Below are positions 60,459 through 64,000 of a DNA stretch of 64,000 bases, in pieces (position 1 is the first letter of the stretch; each line of letters opens with the position of its first letter). Both the position numbers and the translations under genes were made by a program. The notes under the pieces were generated by a model. That model ran no database searches, was not told the DNA's origin, and saw nothing but the letters and a program-made list of their open reading frames with translations. The stretch covers positions 160,001-224,000 of the forward strand of contig JAUVNS010000005.1 of NCBI GenBank assembly GCA_030599585.1. The letters are read 5' to 3'. The stretch is from Promethearchaeota archaeon (GTDB taxonomy: Archaea; Asgardarchaeota; Lokiarchaeia; Sigyniarchaeales; SOKP01).

Positions 60459-60935
60459 ATGGATTATAAATACTTTCATGATGGTTTACTATCATTATCA
60501 GTTGTTCAAATTGTCTTCTCATCAACATTATTACTTGGGTCTATTATTTTAAAGCCTTATATTGCCTTGGAGCCAGACGAAAGAGATTTTATAATACTCT
60601 TAGCCTCAGTAAATCTTGCTTTTAGCTTTTACTATTTAATAGAAGCTCTAAAGTTGGACAGCGTATTTTGTTTAGAGGAAAAGCATATTTTCAAATTTGG
60701 AAAGAGAATTGGAGTAGTATCGTTAACATATACACCTCATCTATTTGTTTTTATCTCGCTATTGTTAATTGATTTGCACGATCTTCAACTGATGATGGTA
60801 ATCTTAAACTTAATTATAGAAACATTTTTACTCGGAATTGTATTTAAAGAAATTTACGATATTCTCTTTAAGGAGGAGTCTGAAAGAAAATTTGAGCTGG
60901 AACAAAATCGAAAATTATATTTTGAAAAAAAGTAA
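60459..60935 (+). CDS. 4-TM membrane protein
   Basis: Four hydrophobic segments and a charged tail. Confidence 0.7.
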   Translation: MDYKYFHDGLLSLSVVQIVFSSTLLLGSIILKPYIALEPDERDFIILLASVNLAFSFYYLIEALKLDSVFCLEEKHIFKFGKRIGVVSLTYTPHLFVFISLLLIDLHDLQLMMVILNLIIETFLLGIVFKEIYDILFKEESERKFELEQNRKLYFEKK

Positions 60936-60953
60936 ATTAAGATAATGTAATTA

Positions 60954-62198
60954 TTACTTGGTTACGTGAGTTAATTTCTCTATAGCAGTACCTATCATGT
61001 TCAATTTTACGGTATACTTCTCTAGTAGTTCCGCGAATTTTTCAATATCGATTTCTTTGTTCTCTTTTAATAATTTCAATTCATTAATAGTTCTCACGAT
61101 TCCTGCTTTCTTATCAATTAACCTTTCTCGTTTGCTATATGGGATTTTTTGCTCCAATTTTTTCTTTTGAAATGATTTAAATCTTTTAATATTCAAATCT
61201 TTTGGTACGAACTTAGTTAAGTATATCGTGCTTTTTGGAACAAATGGGGCTAAATTTTCGGGAATAATAATAATTGGCTCCGGGTCTTGAATTCTTTTGA
61301 TCTCCTCATAATCTAATTGATCTAAGTTCTGATCTTTCAATATATCTTTAACAATTGATAGATTTTGCTCAATGCTACTTGTTTCTTCATTAGATAATTC
61401 AGACAGACTACTGATCATTTCACTCCATATTTCTTCTGATTTTAAAAAGTAAAAATTTGCTTTTTGTTGGAGTTTGGTAACTTTATCTTTATTGATATTA
61501 GTAATAGAAGATTCTAACGAAGCTTTAGCTTTTAATTGACATGCTTTACCCATATCGAAATGAAATTGAGCTCTTAATTGTTGTTTTTTTTTCTCTTCAT
61601 GTTTCTTTAAATAGAATAATCGTTTTGATAGGGAGCTCAAACCCGAGTAGAGCTTAGAAGCAAAGTATGTGTTATTAGAATTTTCTTCTTTCAAAGCTGC
61701 GATACCTTGCGCAAGTATTCGCGCTTCTTCAGAATTTAATTCTAAGTTCTCAGATGAAAGAGTTATCCCTAAATCATGTTGATTAATAGATGCTGCACTA
61801 AAATAAGCACTTGTTTTAAATATTTTGCTACATTCAACCATAGCTATTATAGAATCTTCCCATTCTTCATTGGTTTCAAATTTTTCTGAGAGATGAGAAT
61901 AAGCTCGTGCCATAACCCATAAAGTTCGTGCACACTCAAACATTAAATCATTAATCTGGACTTCTCTGTTGTTTTCTTGTGGTTCTAAGAATGTAGGAGT
62001 AAGATCTAAAGCTTTTAAGAGTTTAACTTGATCTGTATTATGATAGTTAATATTCAAGATTTTAGTGTATTCTAAGACAAGATTTAGATCGTCTAAAGTA
62101 AAGCTTTCTTCTTCTTTATCTAATGCTTCTTCAATTTTTTTAATTTTATAATGCAGATATCGAATTCTTTGCATTACTTCTTCTGAAAAAAAAGTCAT
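60954..62198 (-). CDS. Putative Bro1-domain protein (ALIX/BROX-like)
   Basis: Ordered helical motifs resembling Bro1: FECARTLWVMARAYSHL, CSKIFKTSA, LSSENL...ILAQ, ASKL, LRAQFHF; C-terminal coiled coil. Confidence 0.55.
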   Translation of the reverse strand: MTFFSEEVMQRIRYLHYKIKKIEEALDKEEESFTLDDLNLVLEYTKILNINYHNTDQVKLLKALDLTPTFLEPQENNREVQINDLMFECARTLWVMARAYSHLSEKFETNEEWEDSIIAMVECSKIFKTSAYFSAASINQHDLGITLSSENLELNSEEARILAQGIAALKEENSNNTYFASKLYSGLSSLSKRLFYLKKHEEKKKQQLRAQFHFDMGKACQLKAKASLESSITNINKDKVTKLQQKANFYFLKSEEIWSEMISSLSELSNEETSSIEQNLSIVKDILKDQNLDQLDYEEIKRIQDPEPIIIIPENLAPFVPKSTIYLTKFVPKDLNIKRFKSFQKKKLEQKIPYSKRERLIDKKAGIVRTINELKLLKENKEIDIEKFAELLEKYTVKLNMIGTAIEKLTHVTK

Positions 62199-62296
62199 AA
62201 TTCACAGTTTTTTGTTTAAATTTCAGTTAAATGTAATAATTTATTCTTATTTTAAAACCATTTTAAAATTATGAAAATTAGTACTTCATATTAAAA

Positions 62297-63616
62297 ATGT
62301 TCCATGAAGATATCTTTATCTTTGAATTTGTCTCAGGAGGAGGTTTTAGTCAAGTTGAAATCCCTTCGTCTTTATTCTGCGAAGGGTTTGCCATGTTGAG
62401 GTCAATTATAGAGGATTTTAAGAATCTTGGCTTTCATATTACGACTCTATTAGATTCTAGGATAGAATTTCTATCCCATTATATGAAAGTAGATGTAGTA
62501 AAATCTGTTGAGTTGGAAGAAGATTTTTTGAAAAAATATACAGATTGCGTGAGAAGTTCTAATTACTGTTTTGTAATTGCGCCCGAATTTTCTAATATTC
62601 TTTATAATCTTACAAAAATTGTTAAAACGAATAAGAAGAAACTTTTAAGCATAGATTTAAACGGCGTAAAGCTTGGAGCTTCTAAGCTAGAAACTTATAA
62701 GTTCTTTATTGCAAATGGAATAAATACTCCAGAATCATACAGAATACCAGTTAAAGGAAGTATTTTGGATATAAATTGGATCCTTCAAAAATGTGATCAA
62801 CTTAATAGTTCCATCGTAATTAAGCCTGATGATGGAGCAGGATCAGAGTCTGTTTTTTACTTCGAGAAAAAAGATGATGTTTTACAATTTTTTGAAAGAT
62901 TCAACAAAACATTCGATACAAATAGAAAATATATACTTCAAGAATATATCGAAGGCGATCCTATGAGTGTTTCAATAATCAACGATCAAACCCTTGAAAA
63001 AACTAACGAAAATATTCTTAAAATTCTAAGTATTAACGCTCAGAATTTACAAATAACGGACCCTACGATGGAATCTTTATATCTCGGAGGCTCTACGCCT
63101 GTAGAACAGTTTGAACAGTTGAGAAGTCAGATAGAAGATATATTAAAGTGTGTAGATTTATCAGCTTTCAAAGGTTACTTTGGAATAGATTTTGTGAAAA
63201 AGACTGACAATTCTCTATCTTTTATCGAGATTAATCCAAGATTAACTACGTCCTATGTAGGAATTAGGAATGTTTTAGAATTCAATCCTGTGGATTTACT
63301 TCTTAATCAAAAAAAAAAGGTACTTGAAATTTACAAGTTCAGCCCTCATAAGTTTTCAGAATTTACTCAAATAAAATTGAAATATGTCGGAGATTATACT
63401 TCGGGAGAAATTAATAATTTGTTATTGCCTAAATTGATAAATCTGATTCCCGAAATATTAACTCCCCCCATTATTATCAAAGGAGTAAATAAGAACAAAG
63501 AAGCTTTTTATTCTTGTTTTATCGCGACAAAATCAAACGATGTTCAATCATCGAAGTATCGTATTTCTCAAATTAAGCAGATTTTTGGCAAGTTTAATTT
63601 TCGAATAACTAAATAG
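62297..63616 (+). CDS. ATP-grasp ligase, MfnD (tyramine-glutamate ligase)-like
   Basis: FEFVSGGG..SL..EG.AML, VIAPE, KPDDGAGS, QEYIEG, IEINPRLTTSYVG. Confidence 0.8.
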   Translation: MFHEDIFIFEFVSGGGFSQVEIPSSLFCEGFAMLRSIIEDFKNLGFHITTLLDSRIEFLSHYMKVDVVKSVELEEDFLKKYTDCVRSSNYCFVIAPEFSNILYNLTKIVKTNKKKLLSIDLNGVKLGASKLETYKFFIANGINTPESYRIPVKGSILDINWILQKCDQLNSSIVIKPDDGAGSESVFYFEKKDDVLQFFERFNKTFDTNRKYILQEYIEGDPMSVSIINDQTLEKTNENILKILSINAQNLQITDPTMESLYLGGSTPVEQFEQLRSQIEDILKCVDLSAFKGYFGIDFVKKTDNSLSFIEINPRLTTSYVGIRNVLEFNPVDLLLNQKKKVLEIYKFSPHKFSEFTQIKLKYVGDYTSGEINNLLLPKLINLIPEILTPPIIIKGVNKNKEAFYSCFIATKSNDVQSSKYRISQIKQIFGKFNFRITK

Positions 63617-63998
63617 AAAATAAGAGCATAATTGAGAATCCACCATAATGTACTAGCAATGAAATTATTAGCGAATTTTCAATTTTCAATTTCTTATTAA
63701 TGCTTAAATTATAGGTTAATAACCACAGAGACCACACTTGAAATAAAATCAGAAGAACGTTGTCTAATACTCTAATATATGAAAAACTTAAAGACCCAGT
63801 TGAGGTTAAAATAAACCGCAACACTAAGTAAATATCTAAAGGAAAAAAAATTATCGCAAATGTCGCTAAAAATTTCAGCGTATTATCTCTTTTCTTATAA
63901 AGGATTCGAGATAATCCCTCATTTATTAGAAAATAAAGAAGGACATTTCCTATAAAAAAAAGAGCTAGTAGAAATTGAATAATTAAATCAACGGTAGT
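63609..63998 (-). CDS. 3' part of a membrane protein running off the window
   Basis: The frame of ORF 63609..63824 stays open to the window end (TTVDLIIQFLLALFFIGNV...). Confidence 0.65.
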   Translation of the reverse strand, partial: TTVDLIIQFLLALFFIGNVLLYFLINEGLSRILYKKRDNTLKFLATFAIIFFPLDIYLVLRFILTSTGSLSFSYIRVLDNVLLILFQVWSLWLLTYNLSINKKLKIENSLIISLLVHYGGFSIMLLFSI

Positions 63999-64000
63999 AA

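Noticed and set aside
1-64000. UGA-recoded selenoprotein genes, prompted by the presence of PSTK
   Set aside because: The TGA-terminated ORFs I inspected end at natural protein ends; no interrupted redox motif or convincing SECIS was seen

Overview
AT-rich archaeal chromosome segment, almost certainly from an Asgard archaeon of the Lokiarchaeia/Promethearchaeia type. The evidence is a Loki-type profilin, three Rab-like small GTPases, longin-like and V4R proteins, eL38/eL40, thermosome, TBP, PSTK and an RdhA-like enzyme. Most of the window is housekeeping or metabolic genes interleaved with eukaryotic-signature proteins. I found no tRNA, rRNA, CRISPR array or transposase. The most striking unexplained element is a ~475-nt non-coding unit on the minus strand (51683-52157). 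It has a correctly spaced TATA box, an 11-bp terminal helix, many internal helices with strand-specific G-U pairs and an oligo-T terminator, so it is a candidate large structured ncRNA that does not match the RNA families I can recognise. Other highlights: a putative Bro1/ALIX-like ESCRT adaptor, a Rab-thioredoxin-V4R operon, a minimal FtsX-type ABC and surface-protein cluster divergent from profilin, a polytopic membrane protein fused to a longin domain, tandem TBP genes, an apparent ATA start codon, a degenerate IscU and an unannotated zinc-finger microprotein behind a divergent Alba gene. All calls come from reading motifs by eye; no searches were run.
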